Part shown: positions 6,186 to 16,400 of the stretch, one piece after another
Layout: the number at the start of each line of letters is the position of its first letter
How positions within the stretch are numbered: the stretch's first letter is position 1
Assembly (NCBI GenBank): GCA_039208735.1
Contig: JBCCQY010000177.1
Span: forward strand, 1 to 19,008
DNA from: Myxococcota bacterium
GTDB lineage: Bacteria > Myxococcota_A > UBA796 > GCA-2862545
Direction: 5' to 3'
DNA length: 19,008 nt
Position numbers and translations under genes: made by a program
The notes under the pieces: model-generated
What the model saw: only the letters and a program-made list of their open reading frames with translations
What the model was told of the DNA's origin: nothing
Databases searched by the model: none

Positions 6186-9100
6186 TCACGCGTCTTCCAC
6201 TTCAAGTTCGACCGCGGCGGGACCGTGCTGGGGCACGAGGGCCGTCGGCAGGAACGACGCGAGCCCTGCGATCGCATCGTTGGTAGGTTGAACGGACCGA
6301 ACCCGCGCCAAGGCTCGGGCTTCGAGCACCACCTCGAGCAGGTCGAGGCTCGACGGCTGCCACACTTCGTCCACCGTGGGGGGAACCGCGACGAGGAACG
6401 CTTGGGGACTGCGCGAGGCAGGCGCGTCAAATCCAAACGCCACCGCGGCCGGCCGCTCGGGCTCGGGCACCAACTCGGCAAACCGGTCGATGAGCAGCAT
6501 GGCCACGGGCCCATCGAGGTCCGCTCCATCGTGAACCAGAACCACGACCAAAGGCGGCGCCCCGAGCTGATCGAGCTGCCCGAGCTGCCAGGGATCCGTT
6601 GGACGACTGCACCGGAGCGTTGGGGGCGGCTCTCCCGCGAGATCCGCGTCGAACCACGCGGCTTCGGTGGCGGCCAGGGCCGGCTGGACGGGGGCGACCG
6701 AGGAGATCCAGTCTCGAACCTCCTCCCCCGCGTCGAGCAACTCGGGCAGCGCCGTGCGGGCCAGGCCCGTATCCAGGTTGCTGATCGCGTACTCGCCGTG
6801 AGGCGCGACCAGATCCGTGAGCAGGCGACAAAGGTCGGGCAAGGGGAGTTTCGACAACAACCGCTGAACGCGTTCGGCCGTCCAATCCGACAATCGCCAG
6901 GAAGCGGGCGGCCCGACGGCCGGATCATCGTCTTGCGCACTCGCCGTGAGGGCTTCCTCGAGGCGGGTCGAAGCGGTGGTGTGACGTCGGCGCAGGTTCG
7001 CGGCGTAGGCCAGGCCCCCGGTCGGCTCCACCGCCGGAAGGCCCCATCGCCGCAGTTGCTCGAGGGTCGCGCCCAGCAAGGGTTCGGCGGTCGTCAGGCC
7101 GGCGAGGAGGGTGTCGAGGTCGCTTAGGCACTCGAGCACACGCTCCAGCGCCTCCTGTCCGATCCGCTCGCGATCGCGTTGAACCTCGGGGCGCGCATCG
7201 TATTCGGCGCCTCCGCTGCTCAAGTCCGCGACCGTGAAGGGGCGGGACCCGAGGGCACGGACGAACCGCCCCATCCGCGTTCGTGAGGCCGAGCCAGGCG
7301 CCGCGGATCGTTCCATCGCAACCGCATGACGAGGGACGCCGAGCGAGATCGCGATTTGCTCGGCCGCGACCCCTCGGGCCACCTCTTCGAGGTCCGGGCC
7401 GGAAAGACACGCCGCGGAACTCGGAGTGAGCCCAAGGTCTGACAGCGCGACGGTAGTGTCGGCTTGTTGCCCCTGGGTCCGGCCCACGAACGACCACGTC
7501 CATGGCGCAGTGCCAAACTGACGGTCGAGGAGCTGTGCCACGTGGGGATCCGCACGTTCGGCCGGAGTCGTTCCGGGCGGTGCCACAGGCAGGATCGCCA
7601 CCACGACGGTGCGGAGGTGCCGCGCTTCGACGGGAGACGGCAACACCTCGAGACTCGGGGGGATGCTGAGCCCCGCCGCCGCATCGAGGGCCGCTCCTGC
7701 GAGCTGGCCTCGGCCTTGCACGACGTGGTGCACGGACTGTGCGACGAGGAGGTCTGCGTAGACGTCGACCAGGTCGGCGAGGTGCGTCCGGATCCGCTCG
7801 GTGACCGCAAATCCCTCGAAATCGGGCCAAAGGTTGCCGCTCGTGCGGGCCTCCTCGAGTACGCGGAGCCCGTCACACACGCGCCTGCCGCCGTCCGAAC
7901 GGCGAGCCGGGAACCGCCGGCGGAGGTCTTCGATGCGAACCGGGTCGTCCACCAGGGTCTCGATCTCGAGGCCCAACGCAAGCGTCGGGTGCAACCCGGA
8001 TCGCACCTGCTCCGCCAATTGCTTGGCAAGACGGGCCTTGCGACCGGTCACGTTCATTGCGAAGCGTCCGGGATCCGGGTCCCGCAAATGACGTTCACGA
8101 AGGATGGCGGCCGTCTTCGCCTGGTCCTGCGAAGGAGCGAGGACCGCCCCTCCGAGCGTGGGGCCGCCGCCCCCCGGCGCGAGCCCTTCGACCCATCCGT
8201 ACGCCCCAAGTCGCGAGGGGACCGCCGCGGATCGCAGCACCCGGTCGAGGCGGCGGGTGGCGGGAGCCGACAACCAGGTGTCGAGACGGTGCGATGCGGC
8301 ATCGAGGGCGCCTCGCAAGCCGCGGTCGATCCCCTCGGCCTCGGTCGCGATGAGGTCGGCGAGCCGCTGTAGCGCTGCGATCATCCGCCCGGTTGGAGAG
8401 TCGGCGGGTTGCGGCGGAGCAGCCTCGATCCAAGCGACGAAGTTCGACTCGCGGAGCTGGAGGATGGCGTCGAGGGTCGGACCGGGTTCGCCAAGGGCCC
8501 GACGGCCTTCATCCGCCAACGCGAGCTGCAGCGACGAGCGGGCGAGCCGCAGGAATACGCTCGCGTCCGAACCCATGCGATCGGCCACCGCCTTCCCGTC
8601 GGCAAACGCACCCGGGTCCCAGCCCGACACGAGGGGTTCGACGAGATTCCGCAGCGCCTCGGCGACGATCGTGGCGTCGCCATCGACGGGAATCACGCGA
8701 GGCAGGCTCGTTCCACGGACACTGTACACCGAAGCCAGACGCCGCCAGGGCACAATCCCGAACGTCGTGAGTTCGTCGGTCAGGTCGTGCCACGCTTCTG
8801 CATGAGGCAGGGGCGGCGGCCCAGCCGGCGTGTCGGCAAAGAGGAGGTCGTAGGGAAAGACCTTGCGCCACCAGATGTCGTGGCTGACGGGCGCTCGACC
8901 TGCGAGATCGAGCAGCTGCTCGGCCGATGCTCCTTCGACGGTGCCCTCACCGTCCGCGGCCCTAAGCCAGGTCCCCCGAGCCAACGACAGGCGAGGCACC
9001 ACATGCGACAGGAGCGAAGCAGGCTCCTGGAAAGCGTCGTGGGCCTGGAGCCGGGCCAACGGCGCGACCGGAAGAATGCCGTAGGGTTGGTCGTCGATGC

Positions 9101-10067
9101 GGATGGGCGGAAGCGGACCTTCGGGGCGAAGGGCCTCCATGGCCCAGGAGGCGAGGTCGACAACCGCGTCGCCCGTCCGCCAGAAGTTGCCGAGGCCATG
9201 ACCCCACAACGCAGGCCAGAGGGCCGAGATCACCGCGCCTTGAACCTCGTGCGCCACCGAGGGGGAGGACGCGGGGGCCTCATCAAGGCCATGGGCATCG
9301 CCGAGGAGCAATTGGGCCAACCGCTGAAGAGGCCCCGACGAGGATGGCGTCGGCGGTGTAAGGGGCTCGCTTGCATCATCGTCTCTACGGGCGGGGGTGG
9401 GCGCGCCCTCCACCGTGTTGGTCGGCTGGCCTGGCGTGAGCACGGCAAGCTTTCCGGCGTCTCGATGCGCGGCGAACAGCCCGTCCGCCGGCGTGTCTCC
9501 CACCCCCACCACCACCAGGGCGTCAAACGGCAGGCGAGCCCGATCCTCGTCCGACAGCGGAACGGTTCCCGCAAGACCGACGTCCTCAGCGGCTCGAAAG
9601 GAGTTCCACCAGCGCTCCCCTTCGGCCGTGTCCGGATCGGAATCGGGAAGGTCGAGGTCGATGGCGGCCAGGTTGGGTCGCAGGACGATTCGCGGTCCCG
9701 ACTCCGTGTGTTCGAGTCCATCCAGATCGGGCAGGAGCCACACGTCGAGCTGGGAGGGCAGGCCCACGATCTGCCGCCATCGGCCTTGCACATCGGTCCC
9801 GGTTCCGTCCGAACCTCGGCGCACGAGCCAGCGGGCACGTCCAAGGCCTCGACGATCGACGAGGCGTTGCCATCGCGCCTGCCGCTGGGTCGAGGTCTCC
9901 GCGTTCTCCCACGCCCGAAGATCGGCCAGCTCCGCCTCGGTCGGCTCCGGAGCGTGGTCATCGAACCAGGGCTCATCCGGGATCACCCGAATCTTGAGGG
10001 CCGTGGGGAACTCGGGTGTCGGATGGAACCGCGTTTCGATACGCAGCGGAAGCAGCAGCGGCGTCAT
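6186..10067 (-). CDS. Large conserved hypothetical protein of DUF6603-associated clusters, 1293 aa
   Basis: Long ORF with protein-like composition and an ATGA overlap with the upstream gene at 10064-10067. Recurrent family motifs: LLLPLRIETRF..LKIRVIPD, PGQPTNT, RPEGPLPPIRIDDQPYGILPV, LDAASHRLDTW, GAYGWVEGL, LAPSQDQAKTAAILR, RVCDGL, and C-terminal AFGFDAPASRSPQAFLVAVPP..W..ALARVRSV. Confidence 0.88.
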   Translation of the reverse strand: MTPLLLPLRIETRFHPTPEFPTALKIRVIPDEPWFDDHAPEPTEAELADLRAWENAETSTQRQARWQRLVDRRGLGRARWLVRRGSDGTGTDVQGRWRQIVGLPSQLDVWLLPDLDGLEHTESGPRIVLRPNLAAIDLDLPDSDPDTAEGERWWNSFRAAEDVGLAGTVPLSDEDRARLPFDALVVVGVGDTPADGLFAAHRDAGKLAVLTPGQPTNTVEGAPTPARRDDDASEPLTPPTPSSSGPLQRLAQLLLGDAHGLDEAPASSPSVAHEVQGAVISALWPALWGHGLGNFWRTGDAVVDLASWAMEALRPEGPLPPIRIDDQPYGILPVAPLARLQAHDAFQEPASLLSHVVPRLSLARGTWLRAADGEGTVEGASAEQLLDLAGRAPVSHDIWWRKVFPYDLLFADTPAGPPPLPHAEAWHDLTDELTTFGIVPWRRLASVYSVRGTSLPRVIPVDGDATIVAEALRNLVEPLVSGWDPGAFADGKAVADRMGSDASVFLRLARSSLQLALADEGRRALGEPGPTLDAILQLRESNFVAWIEAAPPQPADSPTGRMIAALQRLADLIATEAEGIDRGLRGALDAASHRLDTWLSAPATRRLDRVLRSAAVPSRLGAYGWVEGLAPGGGGPTLGGAVLAPSQDQAKTAAILRERHLRDPDPGRFAMNVTGRKARLAKQLAEQVRSGLHPTLALGLEIETLVDDPVRIEDLRRRFPARRSDGGRRVCDGLRVLEEARTSGNLWPDFEGFAVTERIRTHLADLVDVYADLLVAQSVHHVVQGRGQLAGAALDAAAGLSIPPSLEVLPSPVEARHLRTVVVAILPVAPPGTTPAERADPHVAQLLDRQFGTAPWTWSFVGRTQGQQADTTVALSDLGLTPSSAACLSGPDLEEVARGVAAEQIAISLGVPRHAVAMERSAAPGSASRTRMGRFVRALGSRPFTVADLSSGGAEYDARPEVQRDRERIGQEALERVLECLSDLDTLLAGLTTAEPLLGATLEQLRRWGLPAVEPTGGLAYAANLRRRHTTASTRLEEALTASAQDDDPAVGPPASWRLSDWTAERVQRLLSKLPLPDLCRLLTDLVAPHGEYAISNLDTGLARTALPELLDAGEEVRDWISSVAPVQPALAATEAAWFDADLAGEPPPTLRCSRPTDPWQLGQLDQLGAPPLVVVLVHDGADLDGPVAMLLIDRFAELVPEPERPAAVAFGFDAPASRSPQAFLVAVPPTVDEVWQPSSLDLLEVVLEARALARVRSVQPTNDAIAGLASFLPTALVPQHGPAAVELEVEDA

Positions 10068-13000
10068 GATCCACCTTCCGAGACGAGGCGATCGCCCCGC
10101 AGCATCACGCGCACAGGATTTGCGAACGTGTTCGCGGCGACGTGCGCGCCGCTGTCGCCTCGATCCACCCCCGCAAGCGCCTCCGCGAGACGCTCCTGGT
10201 CATCTTGGACCGACCAGAAGCGAAAGCCCCGCGACGGTTCTTCGAGCACGAACCAGTGCCCTGCCGCCTCTTCTGGCGACACGTCAAACCCGAAGAAGAC
10301 CACGTCGTCACCGATGGCGCCCTGAAAAATCGGGTAGCTCCTGGCGAGTCCTGCGTGGCTGTCGGGGTCCGAAAAGTCGGGGTTCTGCGGGTCGGGGCCG
10401 GCGGGCAAGAGGTAGGTGAGCGTGGCGGGATAGCGCCGGAACAACTCCGTTCGAAGGACGACCACCAATGATGCGCGGCCGTCCCCTGGCTGATGGGAGG
10501 CATCCGCCAGCGGCGTGTTGGCCCACTTGCCGAGAGGTTCGACGTCGTAAAGCGTCTCGCCCGTTTCGGGATCGACGCGGCCCCAGAAGCGACGCAGCGG
10601 TGAGCAGCCCGGCGTGATGGGAAGTCCGCGCCACTTCAGTTCGGCGAGCAGCTGCTGGTTGATGCCCACCAGCAGGCTCTCCACAAAGGCCCGGTCGGTG
10701 CGAAGGGCAACGACCGCGTGGGGGGTGAGCGAGGCGAGGCCCGGCAAGAGCCAGTCGGCCCGTCGCGCCCGAAGCAGCTCCCACACCGGCAGGGGCACGT
10801 CGGGACACACGCCGATGGGCTCGATGCCGGCATCGGGGTCCCGGCCCGGGAGGGTCCGATTGACGCGATCGATGACGCGATAGTTCGGCCCTGTCGGATC
10901 GAACGCCTGGACCAGCACCTCGTCGAGCCGCGCCAAGTCGACGGGGGCGCAGGGGGGATGAGGGGATACCGGCGGGCGAGGTCGGTCCCGTAGCGCCTGT
11001 CCAAGCGCCCGCACGGTCACCGCATCGAGGCCTTCCCAGGGGGTGCCTTGGAGGTTCTCGCCCCAGGTGTCCAAATCGTCGGCCGTCGCGTTCTCAGCCC
11101 ACGGCCGAAGCTGACCCCAGATGCGTTCCGCCTCGCCGCTCCGACCGGGGGCACTCCGCGTCGCAAGCACGAAGGGGACGAGCCACGGGGTGGTCGAGAA
11201 GCTGACGGTGCCGCCGGCCGGTCTGGGGACCTGAAGCACGCCCGTGGCCCGACCCTCGACGACCACCGTAGGCGAGGTTCCGGTCGTGTCTGCGGGCAAA
11301 TCCACCGGTTGGGTGACCTGGGTCGTCGCCCCCGCTGGCACGTCGACAGCAAGGGGAATGGACGTGCCTCCGACCTCGACGGTCGCGGCGCGAAGGGCCC
11401 TCTCCGAGGGGTTGGTGATGTCGAGCTGAAGCGAAGCGCGGAGCCTATCGGGCGTCCACGTATTGGGGGTGAGCGTGGCTTCGACGAAGTGCGTACCGAG
11501 TTGAAGCCAAACGGAATCCCGACCCGGGGCCTGCACTTCGTCGCCGTCGAGTTCGACGATGACGTTCACCCCTCGCTCCGGAGGTCGGCTCGGCAGGCGA
11601 TAGCGCAAGCTCCCGCCCGTACTTTCCGACATGGAAAGCAGGGTCCCCGCCACGTCGATCGAAAGGCGCCACCCGACGATGCCCGCCGCGATGACCATGA
11701 TCTCGAGTTCGTCTTCGCTTGCGTCGGACCGGGTGCTGAGGGTCACGTCGGCGGTGGCAAACCGTGGCAGCTCGAGGCCTCCGCCCGCCAGTGGCCCGCC
11801 GCCGGGACCGCTTAGCGGGGGCAATTGCACGACGATGGAGACCCGCTGGCTATCGAACACGGGGGACGTCCCCGCGGTCACCGGAGTGCCCGAGCCCCCC
11901 CCGGTCGCCTCCTCGAGGGCGGTGCGGAGCCGGCTGAGCGCCTCGGCGTCCTGCGGCGTACGCCCGAGGGCCGGATCGAGATGCCCCAGGACCGCGGTCG
12001 CATCAAGGGAACGGTCGACGTCCAGCGGGTCGGGTTCCACGACCATGAGTCCGCGAGGGTCCGGAGGAGGCACCGGGCAGGCGTTGGCGGCCTCGAGCAG
12101 GTCCTCCTTGCGATGGGCGTTGGGGGAGGCCCGCTCGGCTCGAGGAGGTCCCCGCCGAAGCACCCGACGCGCCGCCGACGAGAAGAGCGCCCGCGAAAGC
12201 GACCGCGTCGAACCCGTGGCAACGTCCGCCAAGGGCCCCTGTTCGGTCATGATGCGGGGCATCGCCGTGCCGAGCAGCAAGACGCGCTCCGCGCGGGTCG
12301 CCGGAAGATGCCGGTTCCACAGCGAGCGCGCCGCGGACACCCCGAGCGCCAAGTGCCGCACCCGCTGTTGGGCTTCCCGCACCGGGCCCATCGCCTGCAT
12401 CGTGAGATCGACGAGGCGGTCTTGGTCCGCGATGCCAAGTTCTGCACCAAGCCCTGCCGCCCCCCGATGGCGTGGATCGGCGTTGAGTTCCGTGGACCAG
12501 AGGTCGGTGGTCGACCAGGGCTCCCCGTAGTGAGGCAGGGTCACGATAGGTCGGCCACGCTCGTCCCGGCCCGAGGAGGCGAAGCTTCGGAGTTCCGCGA
12601 GGTCGTCGGCGACCGTGGCGGGCAGTGCCTCGACGATGGGCCAGGGATCCTCCGCATCAGGGGCCGGCAACGGCGTTTGAGCGGCCAAGGCCCCGGGAGC
12701 GGAAAGCCGCGGAGCCAGCGGTTGCCGGGGATACCGCAGGGCGGTTCGTCCAAGGTACGGCGGCGCGACTTGCGGCTCGAGCGCTTGGGCGAGCGCGAGG
12801 AAGTCGTCGTCTTCACCGGTTCGGAAACGCCAATGCGCATAGGCGGGCAACCGGACCGACTCGGTCGAAGACGCGGACCAGGCATCGACCACGGCCTCCC
12901 CTTCCCGCACGAACGCGGGCACCAACACCGCGGTGTAGTCGGTGTGGGCCTCCAACCGTCGGGGCGCGAGCAGTCGGGCCAGTCGATCGCCTTCGAGATC

Positions 13001-13483
13001 TTGCACGTGGGCCCAGGCGTGGGAGTCCGTCAGGGGAAGCGTGGCGAGGAACGCGGGCTCGAGTGTGACCTCGACCGGATCGGCATCGAGATGCAGCGAC
13101 AGATCGGCACGATCCTCTTCGGTGGCGTGTTGCCCGACGACGAGCACCAACCAAGGCCGTTTGCGTCCGTCGGTGGCTGGTTCAGGCGAGTACAGCCATG
13201 GAAGCGCCGGATCGTCGAACTCGACCAGCGCCAGTCGCGTGCGTTCGGCGTCTCGCACCCCGGGAGCGGGGAACCGACGAGTCACCGCACCCGCCTCGAG
13301 GGACTGGACATCGTCCACCGAAGCCAGATCTACGACGATCTCGGCGGGCAGATCGTTGGCCACGCCATCGGCGGAACGCTCGGTCATCGTGAAGCGCAGC
13401 GACGCTCGAGGTCGGCCCGTGGTGTAGGCCACCGAATCCAGCAACGGAGGATGGCTCCAATTGTGAAACCGGATCATCGGCAT
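10064..13483 (-). CDS. Large conserved hypothetical protein of DUF6603-associated clusters, 1139 aa, with central beta-rich Ig-like insertion
   Basis: Long ORF with a TGATG overlap with the DUF6603 gene at 13481-13485 and GGGAGA upstream. Family motifs: LVEFDDPALPWLYSP, RPWLVLVV, SHAWAHVQ, RLLAPRRL, YAHWRFRTG..DF..LA..L, ELNADPRHRGAAGLG, FVESLLVGINQQLLAELKWRGLP, LRRFW, ELFRRYP, WFVLEE. Confidence 0.88.
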   Translation of the reverse strand: MPMIRFHNWSHPPLLDSVAYTTGRPRASLRFTMTERSADGVANDLPAEIVVDLASVDDVQSLEAGAVTRRFPAPGVRDAERTRLALVEFDDPALPWLYSPEPATDGRKRPWLVLVVGQHATEEDRADLSLHLDADPVEVTLEPAFLATLPLTDSHAWAHVQDLEGDRLARLLAPRRLEAHTDYTAVLVPAFVREGEAVVDAWSASSTESVRLPAYAHWRFRTGEDDDFLALAQALEPQVAPPYLGRTALRYPRQPLAPRLSAPGALAAQTPLPAPDAEDPWPIVEALPATVADDLAELRSFASSGRDERGRPIVTLPHYGEPWSTTDLWSTELNADPRHRGAAGLGAELGIADQDRLVDLTMQAMGPVREAQQRVRHLALGVSAARSLWNRHLPATRAERVLLLGTAMPRIMTEQGPLADVATGSTRSLSRALFSSAARRVLRRGPPRAERASPNAHRKEDLLEAANACPVPPPDPRGLMVVEPDPLDVDRSLDATAVLGHLDPALGRTPQDAEALSRLRTALEEATGGGSGTPVTAGTSPVFDSQRVSIVVQLPPLSGPGGGPLAGGGLELPRFATADVTLSTRSDASEDELEIMVIAAGIVGWRLSIDVAGTLLSMSESTGGSLRYRLPSRPPERGVNVIVELDGDEVQAPGRDSVWLQLGTHFVEATLTPNTWTPDRLRASLQLDITNPSERALRAATVEVGGTSIPLAVDVPAGATTQVTQPVDLPADTTGTSPTVVVEGRATGVLQVPRPAGGTVSFSTTPWLVPFVLATRSAPGRSGEAERIWGQLRPWAENATADDLDTWGENLQGTPWEGLDAVTVRALGQALRDRPRPPVSPHPPCAPVDLARLDEVLVQAFDPTGPNYRVIDRVNRTLPGRDPDAGIEPIGVCPDVPLPVWELLRARRADWLLPGLASLTPHAVVALRTDRAFVESLLVGINQQLLAELKWRGLPITPGCSPLRRFWGRVDPETGETLYDVEPLGKWANTPLADASHQPGDGRASLVVVLRTELFRRYPATLTYLLPAGPDPQNPDFSDPDSHAGLARSYPIFQGAIGDDVVFFGFDVSPEEAAGHWFVLEEPSRGFRFWSVQDDQERLAEALAGVDRGDSGAHVAANTFANPVRVMLRGDRLVSEGGS

Positions 13484-16400
13484 CAGAGATCTCCCACCAT
13501 GATGAGGTCATCCACGGGGAGGGCGACCCCGCCTCGGTGACGCGCCACCTGGTGCGCCGTGGTCTCGTGGCTGGACTCGCCCTCGCTTTCCCCGCCGTGC
13601 ACCTCCCAGCGCTCCTCCTCGAGCCCCAGTTCGGCGTTCACGGTGATGCGCGCCCCTTGGGTACGCGCCAACACCGCCGCGAGCACGTGGGGCTCGAGGG
13701 AGGGACCGGCCACCCGGCTCGGTTCCGGCCGGCCCACGACAAAGACGTCCGGGGTCAGCGCGACCTCTTGGGCGGGCGAGACGAGCCTTCGGTCTTCGCC
13801 ATCAAAGAGGAACCCTGCTCTCAGCCGTTCGAAGGACTTGCGGCCGATCGCTTCGGCATCCGTCAGATCGAGGAAGGAGGCGGGAGCGAACCAGTCGTAG
13901 GCATCATCCAGAGGGTCGCCCGTGGCCAACGCCAGATCGACCTCGACGGGTGCAGCGAGTGGGGTCCCTTCGAGACGCTCGATGATGACCCCAATGGGCA
14001 CCAGGCCTTGCGTCCACGACAGGCCCCCTCCAGGGTCGAACCGGGCCGCTTCCGCCGATTCCGAACGAAGGAGGATCCCGCGATACGGCGAAGGCTCGGA
14101 CCGAAGGGTCTCGGCTCGAAGTTCAGCCGCAAAGCGTTGAAGGACCGATTCGACATCGGCGATTTCGGCAGGGGCTTCCGAACCGATGCTGAACGAACCC
14201 GACCAGCAGGCCTTGAAGAAGAGGATTTCAATGCAGACTTCGCCCGCGAAGGTAACGGGGCCAGGGCCCGTCATGACCCCTTTCATCGAGACGCCGGCGA
14301 GACTCACCGAAAACAGCTTCACCTTGAACGCGGCCATGAAGCCGACGGAGAAGTAGAACGGGTCGAACACGATGAGAGCGTCGAACGCCAGCATTCCCTC
14401 GGCCTTGATGACCTCGAGGTTCAGGCGCACCTCGACCGCCGCGCCGAGCTGGAAACTCCCGGTCGTAATTGCCACATAGGTGGCCAGCCGCAGGTAGAAG
14501 AAGTCGCCCGGCTCTCCGTAGGTCAGCCCAACGCGCTCGGGGACGGGCACAACGGCCGGTTCCGGCACGAACTCGGGGTGGAAACCTCCGATGCTCATCA
14601 AGGCATAGGGACGGTCCCCCCAGCTCAAGCGCAGGGCGGCTCCGCCCGTGATCTCGAACACCTCGAGCAGCGAGGAATCCCGCAGGGCCGCGTCGATGGA
14701 CAGCAGGCGCGCCTCGAAGTCGATGATGCCGAGCACTTCGAGCTGGATGCGCACGATGGCGACATCTCCAGCCTCGATGGCAATGAGCGCGCGACCGAGG
14801 AGCACGATCTTGTTGGGCCCCGGCAGCTCGATCATGACGCCGACATCGAGCCGAACGAGTTCGACCCACCGCAGCTGGAGCGACAACCCGATGACGAAGT
14901 GGTCGACCGCGGTGGGGAAGTAGCGCTCCAGCTGCCCGATGAGCTGGGCTGGATTGTCGAGCCGGGACCCCGGATCCAGAAGCGTGCTGACCGCACCATT
15001 CGCGACATCCGCCCGGAGCGCGTCGGCGTCGATCTTCCGGTGGAGGCCAAAGATGCCGCCGATGCCGTTCAGGGTGAACCCGTAGCCGATCTGGATCCCG
15101 GGGAATTCCGCGGTGATCAGGATGAGCAAGCTGTACTCGGGACCGGGTTGAGGCAGGTCGACCTGCACAAGACCGAGTGCGGTCACCGCAAACTCGCTCA
15201 CCCGGAGGGCCAGAAACCCGGAATACCGACCGATCTCGGGCTCGAGGGTGATGTAGCCGGCTCCCGTGACCGCACCCGCGTCAATGGCTAGGCCGACCCC
15301 CGATGGGGGTTTGAAGCTGGCGGCAAGCTCGGCGGGGCCCAGATTGCCGCCTCGTTCCGGAAACGTCAGCTCGGCGACGAGGCCCATTCGCTCGACGGTG
15401 ACAACCAGGGGGCCCAAGGTGCCCTGAAGGCCCGTGGCCGCCATCAACTCGACGGTGGTGCCATCGAAGCCAAGGCGCAGGGCAAGCTGGTTGAGCGCAA
15501 TGGGGCCAAGCGAAACGTTGAGCGGCACGACCAGTTCGAGCCCCACGGCACCCCGAACCACAAGCCCCGTCGCCTGGCTCCAGTCGATCTCCAGATCGAA
15601 TCCGATGGCCAGGGCTTCTTGCGGGACGACGCCCTGAAGGAAAGAATCCGCGTCGTCGAAGCGAAGGGCCACCTTCAGTTGCTTGAGGGCGAGGCCAAGC
15701 CCGACGTCCACGTCACCCAACGGCGTCGCCTCGACATCGAGGTGGGTCTTGAACTCGAACGCCCGGGTATCGAGTTCGATGGGCCCGAGACGTGCGCCGT
15801 GGCCTGTCAGCGCCCCACTCCCCCCAAAGGTGCGCTCGTCGCCGGCCCCCCCAGGCTGGCGGGACAGCGCGATGGTGCCCCCGACGGCCGTGTCGAGCCG
15901 AGCCCCCAGATCGACAGCGAGGGTGTTGGATGTCGGATCCGCCTCGATTTCAAGGGCCACGGCGGGGGATGGAAGATTCGCTGCGAGCCGGAGGCTCCAG
16001 ACCTCCGCGAAGGGGATCGTGATTTCCGTCAGGCCCTGCACCACAGGGGCTACGCCAAGTCTCACCCGCTGGGCCGCGTCGATTTCGGTCACGTATAGCG
16101 TGGCGCCAGCAAAGCCCGTGGTGCCGATCTGACGGCCCATCAACATCGCCTGATCGATCCGAAGGTCACCGGGCATCGCGACATTTCGTACGTCTTCGAC
16201 GGTACGAAGCCAGTCTTCGTCATGACCCGCATCCAAGATGCGCTCACCGGTAAGCGTGGCGAGGGCCGCGAGGAACCCGCTGGAAGCAAGCGGACTCTCT
16301 CGATCGTGGATGCGATCGACGAGGTACGCTTGGGGATCTCGAAAGAGGAGGCCCAACCGGTGGCCCGCCGCACGGCGCACCGTGATGGGAACGGGCAGCG

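Noticed and set aside
8409..10325. Long plus-strand ORFs (8409..10325, 11825..13540, 13537..15291, 5883..7127, 1943..3154, 17346..18464)
   Set aside because: They lie antisense to well-supported minus-strand genes, are expected from stop-codon scarcity at high GC, and have no recognisable motifs.
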